Shown here: one piece after another, positions 1 to 9,710 of the stretch
Numbering within the stretch: position 1 is the first letter of the stretch
How the letters are laid out: each line of letters starts with the position of its first letter
NCBI GenBank assembly: GCA_035293565.1
Contig: DATGMP010000092.1
Coordinates: 14,538-78,537, forward strand
Reading direction: 5' to 3'
Origin: Alphaproteobacteria bacterium
GTDB taxonomy: Bacteria > Pseudomonadota > Alphaproteobacteria > BOG-932 > Roseiterribacteraceae
DNA: 64,000 bases
Position numbers and translations under genes: made by a program
The notes under the pieces: generated by a model
Seen by the model: the letters and a program-made list of their open reading frames with translations, nothing else
Told to the model about the DNA's origin: nothing
The model's database searches: none

Positions 1-117
1 GATTGTCTTCCCTTCAAAAAGCGCAGGGGCCCAGAAGGCGATCGTGAGCAGCAGTAGGATGAGAAGTCCGGGCGCATAGGCTCGGAGGCTCTGGATGCCG
101 GATCCGAGCCCCATCAT
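1..117 (-). CDS. N-terminal fragment of a membrane protein (continues past the window edge)
   Basis: The reverse-strand ATG at 115-117 overlaps the TGA of the upstream methyltransferase (ATGA). The translation MMGLGSGIQSLRAYAPGLLILLLLTIAFWAPALFEGKTI is hydrophobic and TM-like. Too short to assign a family. Confidence 0.35.
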   Translation of the reverse strand, partial: MMGLGSGIQSLRAYAPGLLILLLLTIAFWAPALFEGKTI

Positions 118-1043
118 GCCTGCTTTCGCGCCAGGATGACTTGGTTCTTGGGCATAAATCGATCTAAGAGGTCCTTTATCTTCGGACCGTGCGCAGTATT
201 GAGAAGATCTATCCAGGTATTGTCCCAGTTGTCCAAAAGGTCGCTGCGGTTTGTCGCCGGATCGACATAATCCGCCCAGAAGAGAAGCCCTCGCAAGGCA
301 TGATAAAATCCCGTTGTCGTATGCTGTTCGATCGAGAGGCCGGCACCGCGAACGAGGTTCGCAAATTCCTCGCGTTCGAAGATTCGGACATGATTCGGCT
401 TCGCGAAGGCCGATGGATGGGCCACCTGTTTCACGAGCCGCTCGCAGTGCGCATCCGGCACCGAAATAAGGTACTGCGCGCCAACTTGCCCCACGCGGAC
501 CAATTCTACGAGCACCGGCCCGGGGTCGTCGACATGTTCCAGGACCTCAGAGGCAATGATTTTGGATGCCAAGCCATTGCGCAGGGGCAGCGGGTTGCCG
601 TCGCTCAGAATGACCTCGTATTTGTCCGATGGAGTTTCCCGCAACCGCCATTTTGCGTCCGCCACCCGCGCGGCATCGTTGTCGACGAGATACGCATAAG
701 CGCCGCGCGCGACGCAAAAGGCCCCATTGGCGCCGCTGCCGCATCCAAAATCGATGACCACGTCATCATCGCCGATAGCCATTCCAGGAAAGATTTCCCC
801 ATGATCCCCTCGTCGCCATCCGCCGAGATGGTCATCGAGATCGCCAGCATTAGCCGTCTCAAGTCCGGTTTGTGAGGGGAGCGCCTTTTTAAGCTTCCGG
901 TATAAGTTGATCATCGCGCTTGACGCTTTCCGACCGTCCAGCCTCACGTAATACCGAGCTTGTAAGTCTAGGTCCAGGAGCGGTTCATTCGGTGATTCGC
1001 TTGATCGCACAGCGCCCGGGAGGGTCTTCTCGAGGCTGGACAT
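114..1043 (-). CDS. class I SAM-dependent methyltransferase
   Basis: 309-aa ORF with the SAM-binding motif VIDFGCGSGANG followed by the acidic loop LVDND, and EVLEHV downstream. Confidence 0.8.
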   Translation of the reverse strand: MSSLEKTLPGAVRSSESPNEPLLDLDLQARYYVRLDGRKASSAMINLYRKLKKALPSQTGLETANAGDLDDHLGGWRRGDHGEIFPGMAIGDDDVVIDFGCGSGANGAFCVARGAYAYLVDNDAARVADAKWRLRETPSDKYEVILSDGNPLPLRNGLASKIIASEVLEHVDDPGPVLVELVRVGQVGAQYLISVPDAHCERLVKQVAHPSAFAKPNHVRIFEREEFANLVRGAGLSIEQHTTTGFYHALRGLLFWADYVDPATNRSDLLDNWDNTWIDLLNTAHGPKIKDLLDRFMPKNQVILARKQA

Positions 1044-1157
1044 GGACCGACGATAACGGAGCTGCTAGATCAAGTCTTGGTCAAGATTAGGAAATTAAGA
1101 TGCCATGTGCCGGCGAGGACGAGAGAGACGGCCGTTGACGCACAAGAGCGAGGGAGA

Positions 1158-2090
1158 ATGGGTCTTTGGAGGAGATTGCTCGATGAGCTGCGCGCCTTTA
1201 CCGCTTCCATGCAGCAGTCGGAAGAACATTTGCGGGCCCTGAGCCGCTCAGAGCACCATCTCTGGGCTGCCGCGGACCGCGCCTCTGCCATCGAACGTCA
1301 ACTTGCCCATATTACTGCGATCGAAGCGCGACGAGAGATGGTGGCTATTATGGCGGACCCTCGCTTGGCCGATCCGCTGAGGCTGGAACGCTACGGATTC
1401 AAGGTCCACTCGCAGCATGACGAAGACGGCATTATCGCCGAGATTTTTCGGAGAGTTGGGGAGGAATCCAGAACTTTCGTAGAGTTCGGGGCGGGCGACG
1501 GTCATGAAAACTGCACCGGATTCCTTTTGCTGCAGGGATGGCGGGGACTCTGGATTGATGGCGATGCACAGAACGTTGCCAACATACGACGGATGTGGGC
1601 GCATGAGATCGATAGCGATCGGTTGAAGGTAATGTGTGAGTTCATCACGGCCGATACGATCGATGGTTTGATTCGTTCGTCCGGCATCGAGGGAGAGATC
1701 GATCTGCTCGTCGTCGATCTCGACGCGAACGACTATCATGTGCTGGAAAAGATCGAGGCGGTATCGCCCCGCGTCATCTGTGCCGAGTACAACGCCAACT
1801 TTCCTCCTGAGGTCGCCTGGACAATGCGGCGCGACGACACGTACGTCTGGGATCGTGTCGACTATCGCGTGGGCGCGTCGCTCAAGGCGCTTGAACTTTT
1901 GCTCGCTCGACGGGGCTACACGCTCGTTGGCTGCAGCGTTGCAGGCGTGAACGCCTTTTTTGTTCGGCGCGATCTGGTCCAAGGCAATTTCGCTGAGCCG
2001 TTCACTGCAGAGAACCACTATCATAATTGGCGCAGCTTTTATGGTAGCTCCGCCGCGTCTGACACCCTGTGGCGGGGCTGGCGCGTATAG
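1158..2090 (+). CDS. FkbM-like methyltransferase with N-terminal coiled-coil-like region
   Basis: ATG at 1158 preceded by GAGGGAG. FVEFGAGDGHENC plus a downstream DLLVVDLD block resemble the FkbM family. Divergent from the 114-1043 gene. Confidence 0.65.
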   Translation: MGLWRRLLDELRAFTASMQQSEEHLRALSRSEHHLWAAADRASAIERQLAHITAIEARREMVAIMADPRLADPLRLERYGFKVHSQHDEDGIIAEIFRRVGEESRTFVEFGAGDGHENCTGFLLLQGWRGLWIDGDAQNVANIRRMWAHEIDSDRLKVMCEFITADTIDGLIRSSGIEGEIDLLVVDLDANDYHVLEKIEAVSPRVICAEYNANFPPEVAWTMRRDDTYVWDRVDYRVGASLKALELLLARRGYTLVGCSVAGVNAFFVRRDLVQGNFAEPFTAENHYHNWRSFYGSSAASDTLWRGWRV

Positions 2091-2115
2091 GCTGCCGGTC
2101 GTCCTCGTCCTGAGA

Positions 2116-2595
2116 TCAGCTGAGCCGCCCCGGCGACGAGACCTTCGGTTCTGCCGAGACCATGATGCCCCAGAAATTTGCGGGGGCATCGTTGTGCACC
2201 TGCCAGGCGTGGTTGGTGTTGCGTTGAACGACGAGGTCGCCCGCGCGTAGGGTCACCTGGCCCTCATCCAGCAGGAGGGTCACCTCGCCGTCTATCATAA
2301 GGATGTAATCGACCGTGTTGGTGCGATGAAACCCGTTAGCGTCCACGCCGGGAATATCGCCCCGCTCCAAGAGCGGCTTCATCATCTTCCAGGGTTGCAA
2401 GGTCACCCGCAAGCACCGGCTTCCGCCGGCGGGCGGATCGATATCCGGAGCGCCGGAGGGGAGCAGCCTCGATGGTCCTCCGCCCAGCGGGTTCTTGTCC
2501 GTCGTTTCCCAAAGGGTCATCTCGTCGACGATCTCGTCCGAAACGACGTAGGATCTCCCGGCGGCATTGTTGCCCGTGACGACACGACGAGCCAT
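2116..2595 (-). CDS. cupin domain protein
   Basis: Start taken at MARRVVTGNN. The cupin-like core is GFHRTNTVDYILMIDGEVTLLLDEGQVTLRAGDLVVQRNTNHAW. Confidence 0.7.
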   Translation of the reverse strand: MARRVVTGNNAAGRSYVVSDEIVDEMTLWETTDKNPLGGGPSRLLPSGAPDIDPPAGGSRCLRVTLQPWKMMKPLLERGDIPGVDANGFHRTNTVDYILMIDGEVTLLLDEGQVTLRAGDLVVQRNTNHAWQVHNDAPANFWGIMVSAEPKVSSPGRLS

Positions 2596-2674
2596 GCTTG
2601 TCCTCCCCGGCTTCGATGTTTGTCGGCCTGTACAGCGGTAACATAGCCGCCCCGCCGCAAGAGGTGCACCTGGA

Positions 2675-3922
2675 TTGTCGCGCTCCGCTGATTTCGATGT
2701 CGTGATCATAGGTGCCGGCGCGGCCGGCCTCGGCGCCGCCCGACGGCTACGCGGCTCCCCGATCGAGGTGCTGACGCTCGAAGCCCGCGACCGGTTGGGC
2801 GGGCGTGGCTATACGATCAGGCCGCGCGCCGACCTGCCGCTCGATCTCGGCTGCGGCTGGCTGCATTCCGCCGACCGCAATCCTTTCGTTCCGCTCGCGC
2901 GCGATCTCGGCTTCACGCTCGATCAGACCGCTCCCGGCTGGCAGCGCCCGTCCGATCTGTCCCGATCGGTTCAGCCCGAAAGGCAGGCCTTCGCAGAGGC
3001 GCTCGAGGCGCTGGAGGCGCAGCTGGAGCGCGCGGCGAAGGAGAATCGCGAGGGGCCGGCGAGCGCTTGCATCGATCCTTCCGACCCGTTCGCGCCGCTG
3101 TATGACGCTTTCAGCTCATTCTACAACGGCGCGGAATTCGACCGGGTCTCGGTGCTCGATTACGCCGCGTACGAGGACAGCGGCGTCAATTGGCGGGCTC
3201 GGGAGGGCTATGGCGCGCTGATCGCGGCGCTGGGTGAGGGGTGCCGGATCCAGCTTCTATCGCCGGTCTCGGCGATCGACCGGTCCGGCTCGGCGCTGAA
3301 GCTGGAGACGCCCCATGGTACGATCACTGCCAAAGTGGCGATCGTCACGATTTCCACAGATCTCATCGCCGACGGGTTGCTCTTTCGGCCCGCCTTGCCA
3401 GACAAGGTCGAAGCCGCGGCCGGACTTCCGCTCGGCTTCGCCGACAAGCTGTTCCTGGCCTTGGAAAGACCGGAGGAGTTTCCGGAGAACACCGTGCTTT
3501 TCGGCCGCACCGATCGTGCCGCGACCGGCGGCTACAATTTTCGGCCGTTTGGCCGGCCTTATATCGAAGCCTACTTTGGAGGCCGGAACGCCCGCGCGTT
3601 GGAAGAGGAGGGTGACGGCGCGTTTGCGGCCTTCGCGCTCGACGAGCTGGCGGGGCTGTTCGGTTCGGCCATGCGCAAACGCGCGACACCGATCGCCGCC
3701 AGCGCCTGGGCCAAGGATCCCTATGCGCGCGGCGCCTATTCGCACGCGCTCCCCGGCCATTCACAGAACCGGGGCAGGCTCTCCGAACCAGTGGAGGACC
3801 GGCTGTTCTTCGCCGGCGAAGCGTGCTCCGCGCATGCCTTCTCGACCGCCCATGGCGCCTATCGCACTGGCGTCGCGGCCGCGGAGGCGGCGCTCGCCGC
3901 GCTGGGCGTGAAAGCAGACTAA
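2675..3922 (+). CDS. FAD-dependent amine oxidase (flavin monoamine oxidase family)
   Basis: N-terminal dinucleotide fold DVVIIGAGAAGLGAARRL..LEARDRLGGR and C-terminal FFAGEA motif. TTG start at 2675 with upstream GAGG. Confidence 0.85.
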   Translation: MSRSADFDVVIIGAGAAGLGAARRLRGSPIEVLTLEARDRLGGRGYTIRPRADLPLDLGCGWLHSADRNPFVPLARDLGFTLDQTAPGWQRPSDLSRSVQPERQAFAEALEALEAQLERAAKENREGPASACIDPSDPFAPLYDAFSSFYNGAEFDRVSVLDYAAYEDSGVNWRAREGYGALIAALGEGCRIQLLSPVSAIDRSGSALKLETPHGTITAKVAIVTISTDLIADGLLFRPALPDKVEAAAGLPLGFADKLFLALERPEEFPENTVLFGRTDRAATGGYNFRPFGRPYIEAYFGGRNARALEEEGDGAFAAFALDELAGLFGSAMRKRATPIAASAWAKDPYARGAYSHALPGHSQNRGRLSEPVEDRLFFAGEACSAHAFSTAHGAYRTGVAAAEAALAALGVKAD

Positions 3923-4007
3923 AGGCGACTGGTCGGTTCCCCGTCGAGAGGGCTTGCTCTTCCGGTTTTGCGACCCAGCATTATTGTGCGGTTCGACGGA
4001 TGGCACG

Positions 4008-4949
4008 ATGCAGCAGATCGGTAGCCTAATTGATCAATACGGCGTGTTTATCGTTTTCCTCCCGGTCCTGCTGGGGCAGGCGGGATTGCCGATTCCTGTC
4101 TTTCCCACGCTGATGATTGCGGCCGCCCTCGGCGCGGGCGGCGGCTTCCACGGTGCCGCCTATGTCTTTCTGGCAGGCATGGTCGGTGGTCTCGCGGCCG
4201 ATCTCGGTTGGTTCGCGGCCAGCCGCTGGTATGGGCGCAGGCTCCTCGGCTTCCTATGCAAGGTGTCCTTCTCGCCGGATTCCTGCGTTCGGCAGACCGA
4301 GACCTTCTATGCACGGCTCGGCGGCCTGTCGATTGCGCTCGCCAAATGGGTTCCGGGGCTCGGCATCGTGTCGATCGCGCTTGCCGGGATGACCGAGATG
4401 TCGACCGGGGCGTTCACGCTGATCGACACGATCGGGCAGGGGTTGTTCGTGGCCGCCGCGGTACTGCTCGGGATTCTCTTCAAATCGGCAATTTTCAGCG
4501 TTATCGCGACGCTGACGGATCTGGGCGGGCTCGGTCTGGCCGTCGCGTTGGCTGCGCTCGCCCTCTATGCCAGCGCGCGCTGGTGGCAGCGCCAGGCTTT
4601 TATCCGCCAGCTCCGAATGGACCGGATCTCGGTGACCGAGCTCGCGGACATGATCGACCGCGGTGACACGCCCATCATCATCGATGTCCGGCCGCACAAT
4701 GTGCGCGTCCGCGAGGGCATCATTCCCGGCGCGCTCTTCGCCCACCCGGCCGATCCCGAAATGTCGCTGCCCGGATTCCCGCGGGACGTGGAGATCATCG
4801 TCTATTGCTCTTGCCCGAACGAAGCGTCGGCCGCCGTTGCGGCCCAGCATTTGCGACGGGCCGGCTTTCGAAAGATCCGGCCGCTGCTGGGCGGTATCGA
4901 TGCCTGGACCGAGGCCGGTCGGCAAATCGCCGTCGTGCAGGCCGCCTGA
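4008..4949 (+). CDS. DedA/VTT-family membrane domain fused to a C-terminal rhodanese domain
   Basis: The N-terminal part is polytopic and DedA-like (YGVFIVFLPVLLGQAGLPIPVFP). The C-terminal part is IIIDVRP..VYCSCPNEASAAVAAQHLRRAGF..LLGGIDAW, a rhodanese fold with a Cys loop. Confidence 0.75.
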   Translation: MQQIGSLIDQYGVFIVFLPVLLGQAGLPIPVFPTLMIAAALGAGGGFHGAAYVFLAGMVGGLAADLGWFAASRWYGRRLLGFLCKVSFSPDSCVRQTETFYARLGGLSIALAKWVPGLGIVSIALAGMTEMSTGAFTLIDTIGQGLFVAAAVLLGILFKSAIFSVIATLTDLGGLGLAVALAALALYASARWWQRQAFIRQLRMDRISVTELADMIDRGDTPIIIDVRPHNVRVREGIIPGALFAHPADPEMSLPGFPRDVEIIVYCSCPNEASAAVAAQHLRRAGFRKIRPLLGGIDAWTEAGRQIAVVQAA

Positions 4950-4956
4950 CGCGTCC

Positions 4957-6108
4957 CTAAAGCTTGCCCAGGATCACCGCGCTGCGGGCCGCCGAGACCA
5001 GCACGTGCTCGGCATCGGCGATCTGGTTGGCGGCGGTACCGCGGAGCTGACGGACGCCCTCGATCAGATTGTTGACGCCGTGGATATAGCCTTCGCCGAG
5101 CAGACCGCCATGGGTGTTGACCGGCAGCGAGCCTTTGAGCCCGATATGGCCGTCGCGAAGGAAATCCTTGGCCTCGCCCTTGCCGCAGAAGCCGTGTCCT
5201 TCCAACGCCATGAAGACGATCGGCGAAAAATTCTCGTAAAGCAGCGCAATGTCGATGTCCTTGGGACCGAGACCGCTCTGGTTCCAGAGCTGGGCACTGA
5301 TCGCCGGCAGCTCGTCGAAGACCGTCAGATCTTCCCGATAATAGTTGAACATCTCCTGGCTGCTGTTGACATGTGACTGTGTCGCGGCCAGCACGCGAAC
5401 ACCGGGCTGGCGCAAATCCCGGGCGCGCTCTGCCGAGGTGACGACCAACGCCACGCCGCCATCGCTCTCCTGACAGCAATCGAGCAAACGCAGGACCGGC
5501 TCGACGATCCAGCGTGAATTCTGATGATCGGCGACGGTGATCGGCTTCTTGTAGTACCAGGCCCGCGGATTGGTCGCCGCGTGCTGTCGCGCGGTCACGA
5601 CATAGAGCGCCAAATCTTCGTTGGTAACGCCATAGCGGGCCATGTAGGGCTGGTACCAGAGCGCGTAGATCTTGGCTGGCGTATCGAGCCCGAAGGAGAA
5701 ATGGATGTCCTGCTCCGGCGGACCTCCCGCGTAGCCTCCGAAAGGTTGACCAAAGCGCTTGCCGGAGCGCTCGTTGAAAGCGCGATAGATCAGGACGGCA
5801 TTCGCAGCGCCGGATGCAACGGCCGCCGCTGCCAGCTGGACCGTGGCGGAGGCGCCGCCCCCGCCGCCGGGCGTCCGCGCCGACCAGCGGAGCTCGCGAA
5901 TCCCCAGATGGTGCATCACGTCGAGCTCATCGTTCGGATCGAGCTTGAAGGTGACGGTCCCGTCGATCTCGGCGGGCGACAGGCCGGCATCCTCGATCGC
6001 GGCCTTGCCGGCCTCCAGCGCGAGCTGCAGCTCGCTGCGGCCCGAATTCTTCGAGAATTCCGTCTGGCCGATGCCGACGATGGCAGTGTCGTTCAGCGGC
6101 AAGCTCAT
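4957..6108 (-). CDS. thiolase-like protein (SCP-x / lipid-transfer type)
   Basis: 383 aa. N-terminus AIVGIGQTEFSKNSGRSELQLALEA and C-terminus NTHGGLLGEGYIHG are typical of the non-condensing thiolase clade that pairs with DUF35. Confidence 0.85.
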   Translation of the reverse strand: MSLPLNDTAIVGIGQTEFSKNSGRSELQLALEAGKAAIEDAGLSPAEIDGTVTFKLDPNDELDVMHHLGIRELRWSARTPGGGGGASATVQLAAAAVASGAANAVLIYRAFNERSGKRFGQPFGGYAGGPPEQDIHFSFGLDTPAKIYALWYQPYMARYGVTNEDLALYVVTARQHAATNPRAWYYKKPITVADHQNSRWIVEPVLRLLDCCQESDGGVALVVTSAERARDLRQPGVRVLAATQSHVNSSQEMFNYYREDLTVFDELPAISAQLWNQSGLGPKDIDIALLYENFSPIVFMALEGHGFCGKGEAKDFLRDGHIGLKGSLPVNTHGGLLGEGYIHGVNNLIEGVRQLRGTAANQIADAEHVLVSAARSAVILGKL

Positions 6109-6109
6109 C

Positions 6110-6481
6110 TCAAGCCCTCCCGGCCGGGCGGAATTGAGGGAGCGTCGCTCCGTTCACGTCAGCGTAGAAGACCTCGACCGGCATGCCGAGCGCGATTTCG
6201 GTGTGATCGACTCCCTGGAGATTGGAGATCATCCGCACCCCTTCCTTCAGCTCGATCAGGGCGACGATCCGTGGATTGTCGTCCGGTATCGTCGGGTGCT
6301 TGGAAATGATCCAAGCGCAAACGGTTCCGCGGCCTGTCGATTCCTGCGAGGTCGTGTTGAGGGATTGGCAATGCGGGCACATCGCGCCGGGCGGCTGGCG
6401 CAACGCGCCGCAATCGGCGCATTTCTGGATCAGCAGCTTTCCCGCCTTCACGCCGTCCCAGAAGAAATCCTGATCGCGCAT
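6110..6481 (-). CDS. Zn-ribbon/OB-fold protein (DUF35 family)
   Basis: 123 aa with CxxC..CxxC (CADCGALRQPPGAMCPHC) followed by an OB-fold-like tail. Its stop lies 1 nt from the thiolase start. Confidence 0.8.
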   Translation of the reverse strand: MRDQDFFWDGVKAGKLLIQKCADCGALRQPPGAMCPHCQSLNTTSQESTGRGTVCAWIISKHPTIPDDNPRIVALIELKEGVRMISNLQGVDHTEIALGMPVEVFYADVNGATLPQFRPAGRA

Positions 6482-6594
6482 ATTTTCGTCTCGTAGGTTG
6501 AGCCGGAGCTTGACCTGCCTATCATAGGGTCAGGGCCGAACGGTGGATGATTTTCTACCGGACAAACGGATCAAAATAGGACAGGCGCCTCTTG

Positions 6595-7602
6595 ATGCCT
6601 CCTTGCACGCTCGAAAACCTGCGAGAGCTCGCGTCGACGGGCTTCAGCCGCGAGGATTTTTCGCCGCTGGGGTCCAATCGTACGATGGTCGTCGCGATGG
6701 GCGCGCTTGCGCAGCTGCGGCTGGCGCCGGACCGGGAGCGGATCGCCGATTGGCTGAAGAGCTTGCCATGTCCGGTCATCGCCGTCGGGCCGCACCCAAA
6801 GGACGCCGATCTGTTGGCGGCTTGCGATGCGGTCGCGAGTTCGGAGGTCGAGCTTTCGGCCATGCGCGCCAATATCGACCGGGCGCCCTTCGCCGCGATG
6901 GTGCTCGTTCAAACTCTGCGCGCAACCGCGACCTTGCCGGTCATGGAGGCGCTGTTGGTCGAATCCCTGGCCTACGGGACGCTTCAGGCGGGCCCCGAAT
7001 ATACCGCATGGCTTCGGTCGCGGAAAAAACCAAAGGTCCCTCAGGGGCGGGATTCCGGTCCGGCCGTTTGGGTCGAGCGAAGCGGCGACACGCTGGCGCT
7101 CAGGCTCAACCGCCCCGGCCGGCTCAACGCCATTTCGGTCGAGGTTCGCGATGCGCTCTGCGATGGCTTGCAGCTGGCGATCTCGGACCCGGCCATCGCG
7201 GCGGTGTCCATGTCAGGCGAGGGGCGGTGCTTCAGCATCGGGGGCGATCTGGACGAGTTCGGCAGCGCGCCCGATCCGGCGAGCGCCCACGCCGTGCGGA
7301 GCGTGCGGCTTCCCGCATTCCTCTTAAGCCGGTGCGCCGATCGTGCGGAGTTCAGGCTGCACGGCGCTTGTATCGGCGCTGGCGTCGAGTTGCCTTCCTT
7401 CGCTCGGCGCGTTACCGCCGCCAGAGATGCGTTCTTCCAGCTGCCGGAGATCCGCTATGGCCTGATCCCCGGCGCCGGTGGCTGCGTCAGCATTCCGCGG
7501 CGCATCGGCCGGCATCGCACGGCCTATCTCGCGCTCTCGGCGCGCAAAATCGGCGCCGCGAAGGCCCTTCAATGGGGGCTGATCGACGCGCTGTCGGATT
7601 GA
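6595..7602 (+). CDS. enoyl-CoA hydratase/isomerase (crotonase) superfamily protein, atypical domain order
   Basis: Residues ~158-336 match the crotonase N-terminal core (LALRLNRPGRLNAI, GEGRCFSIGGDL, GACIGAGVEL, LPEIRYGLIPGAGG). The first ~150 aa resemble the crotonase C-terminal part. Start (TTG 6592 or ATG 6595) is uncertain. Confidence 0.65.
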   Translation: MPPCTLENLRELASTGFSREDFSPLGSNRTMVVAMGALAQLRLAPDRERIADWLKSLPCPVIAVGPHPKDADLLAACDAVASSEVELSAMRANIDRAPFAAMVLVQTLRATATLPVMEALLVESLAYGTLQAGPEYTAWLRSRKKPKVPQGRDSGPAVWVERSGDTLALRLNRPGRLNAISVEVRDALCDGLQLAISDPAIAAVSMSGEGRCFSIGGDLDEFGSAPDPASAHAVRSVRLPAFLLSRCADRAEFRLHGACIGAGVELPSFARRVTAARDAFFQLPEIRYGLIPGAGGCVSIPRRIGRHRTAYLALSARKIGAAKALQWGLIDALSD

Positions 7603-8987
7603 TCCGGCCAGACGATCCGGCCGCCTTTGATCACCTTCGTTACTTGCACATCCAAAAGATCGGTTCGGGCGCGCGACCAGGGACGATCGATCAGGCATAG
7701 ATCGGCGGCGCTGCCGATGCGGATCTCCGACAGCGCGCCCGGGCTGTCGGGTGGTCCCGAAAACAGCGCCAGAGCCGCTTCGGGACTCAGCGATTCATGT
7801 CCCCCGACAATCGCGCCGCTTGCGGTGGATCGCGTGACGGCGGCTTGCATCGCCGTCCACGGATCGGCATTTCCGAACGGCGCGTCCGTTCCGGCCGCCA
7901 GCGGAATTCCCGCATCGCGGAAGCCGCGCAGCCGGTAGAGCCACGGTCGGTCGCTTTCATCCACCTCTTTGAGATAGGCATCGCCGCGCTCGGCGATGAA
8001 GTTCGGCTGGGTGACGATGGTCACGCCCAGCTTCGCGATTATGGGAAGCACCTCCGGCGGCGCGACGGCCGCATGCTCGAGACGATCGCCTTTCATCGCG
8101 CCGGCTTCCTCCAGGGCGCCAAGGGCGAAGATCAGCTCCGCCAGGCTGGCGCAATGAAAGGCGACAGGGCGGTTTGCAGCATGGCTGGCAGCAATTGCCG
8201 CGGCGATGTCAGCCAATGCCGGGAGCGCGGCCTCGCGAAGGTAGATCTTGGTCGGGCCGACGCGAATATGCGGAGCATCGCCGATATCGTTCAGTGCAGC
8301 CGAACCCATGACGAGCAGATCTTGCAGCAAGTCGCCGCGTGCTTGCGCTGTCCTCAGAAGCTCGAATTCCGCAACGCCGTTCGTCGGTGTGGTGTCGGTA
8401 ACCTCTATAACGCCGCGGCTCAGTAGGAACCGGCTCGCTTCGCGAATCGGCGGCAGATGCTTGCCGAGCCGCTCGCGCAGCCATTCATCGCCATCATACA
8501 GACGGCCGGTGGGGTGTCCGTCGACATATTCGAGCGGGCTTTGCGTATCGCCGGTCGCGACGAGATTCAGCGCGTAGCTATTCAAGATCCAGAGGCGGCC
8601 GCTGCGATGTTGGATGCGTGCCGGCGTCGTTGGCAGGATCGTATCCAGCCAATGACGATCGATCTCGCCCGCGACGGACGGATGATAGCCGATGCCGCGA
8701 ATCCAGCTTCCCGGCCGTGCTCGCGCGCGACCCTGCAGCGCTTCGGCCAACGCCCTTTCGGCCGTCACTGCCGGCGGACCGCATTGGACCGATTCGCGCG
8801 ACGCCGCGAAAGCCAGCAGATGAAAGTGATGATCGCGCAGTGCCGGGAGTAATGCGCATTTCCCCGCATCGAACACCGTATCGTCCGATGCCATCGGCTC
8901 GAGTTGGCCGATCGCCGTTACCTGTCCGTCCTGAACGCGCAAATCGGCAAGGCCGATCCCGTAGATCTCGGCGTCCCGAATCAGCAT
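7569..8987 (-). CDS. metal-dependent amidohydrolase (Amidohydro_3-like TIM-barrel)
   Basis: 472 aa with an N-terminal beta-sandwich start MLIRDAEIYG, an HxH motif (RDHHFHLL) and a C-terminal GSAADLCLID block. The start overlaps the upstream gene by 7 nt. Confidence 0.8.
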   Translation of the reverse strand: MLIRDAEIYGIGLADLRVQDGQVTAIGQLEPMASDDTVFDAGKCALLPALRDHHFHLLAFAASRESVQCGPPAVTAERALAEALQGRARARPGSWIRGIGYHPSVAGEIDRHWLDTILPTTPARIQHRSGRLWILNSYALNLVATGDTQSPLEYVDGHPTGRLYDGDEWLRERLGKHLPPIREASRFLLSRGVIEVTDTTPTNGVAEFELLRTAQARGDLLQDLLVMGSAALNDIGDAPHIRVGPTKIYLREAALPALADIAAAIAASHAANRPVAFHCASLAELIFALGALEEAGAMKGDRLEHAAVAPPEVLPIIAKLGVTIVTQPNFIAERGDAYLKEVDESDRPWLYRLRGFRDAGIPLAAGTDAPFGNADPWTAMQAAVTRSTASGAIVGGHESLSPEAALALFSGPPDSPGALSEIRIGSAADLCLIDRPWSRARTDLLDVQVTKVIKGGRIVWPDQSDSASISPH

Positions 8988-9710
8988 GCGATGCCGAGCT
9001 CCGACAAGACTGCGTTCGTATCGGCTCCCAGCGAACGAGCGGCGGTCCTAGGCTCGCGCGCCCTTGGTAGATCAGCGGCGGCTCCGTGCGCAGACAAGAC
9101 GGATTGCCATTCTGCTTCGCGCGCGGCGGCCGCTTCCCGCGAAGCTGGACGGTCGAGCGCCATGCAGCTGGCGGTCACATCGCGCAGCGACAGCGAAATG
9201 AGTCCGCCCGAGCCGTCCTGCCAATGTGCCCACGCCGCGAACGCCGCGTGCAGCCCGGTCAGCGGATCGGCGATCGCATCGCCGCAGAACAGCGGCTCGC
9301 CGTCGCCGTCAATCAGAAACTCGCTTACGCCTGCTGAGGCACCGGCGTCGTCGCCGAACGCAATCCGGTTCGCTTCTTCGCCTTCGCGGCCGTATCCGGT
9401 GATGCTGATCCAGGTGAGGGCATGTTCGGAAACGAGCTCTTCCGCCTGGACGCCAAGCTGCCGCAGAGCACGCGGGCGGCTCGCCTCGATCACGATATCG
9501 GCATGTGCGAGCAGGCTGCGCAGCTGCGCGCGTCCGCGGCCGTTGGACAGATCGAGCGCGACGCTCTGCTTGCCGCCATTGAGCAAATCGAAAAACCGGG
9601 CAGGGCCGAACCGCGCGCCGTCGGGCCGCGACATGCTCTCGACTTTGACGACGCGAGCGCCCAAGAGCCGCAGCAGATGGCCGCAAAGCGGACCCGCCCA
9701 CAAAGAGGAG
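8981..9710 (-). pseudogene. 3' fragment of a family III CoA-transferase gene disrupted by the IS element
   Basis: Reads SSLWAGPLCGHLLRLLGARVVKVE..GKQSVALDL..GDDAGASAG..LGADTNAVLSELG. It has no native start and is continuous with fragment 11156-11790 once the IS is removed. Confidence 0.8.
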
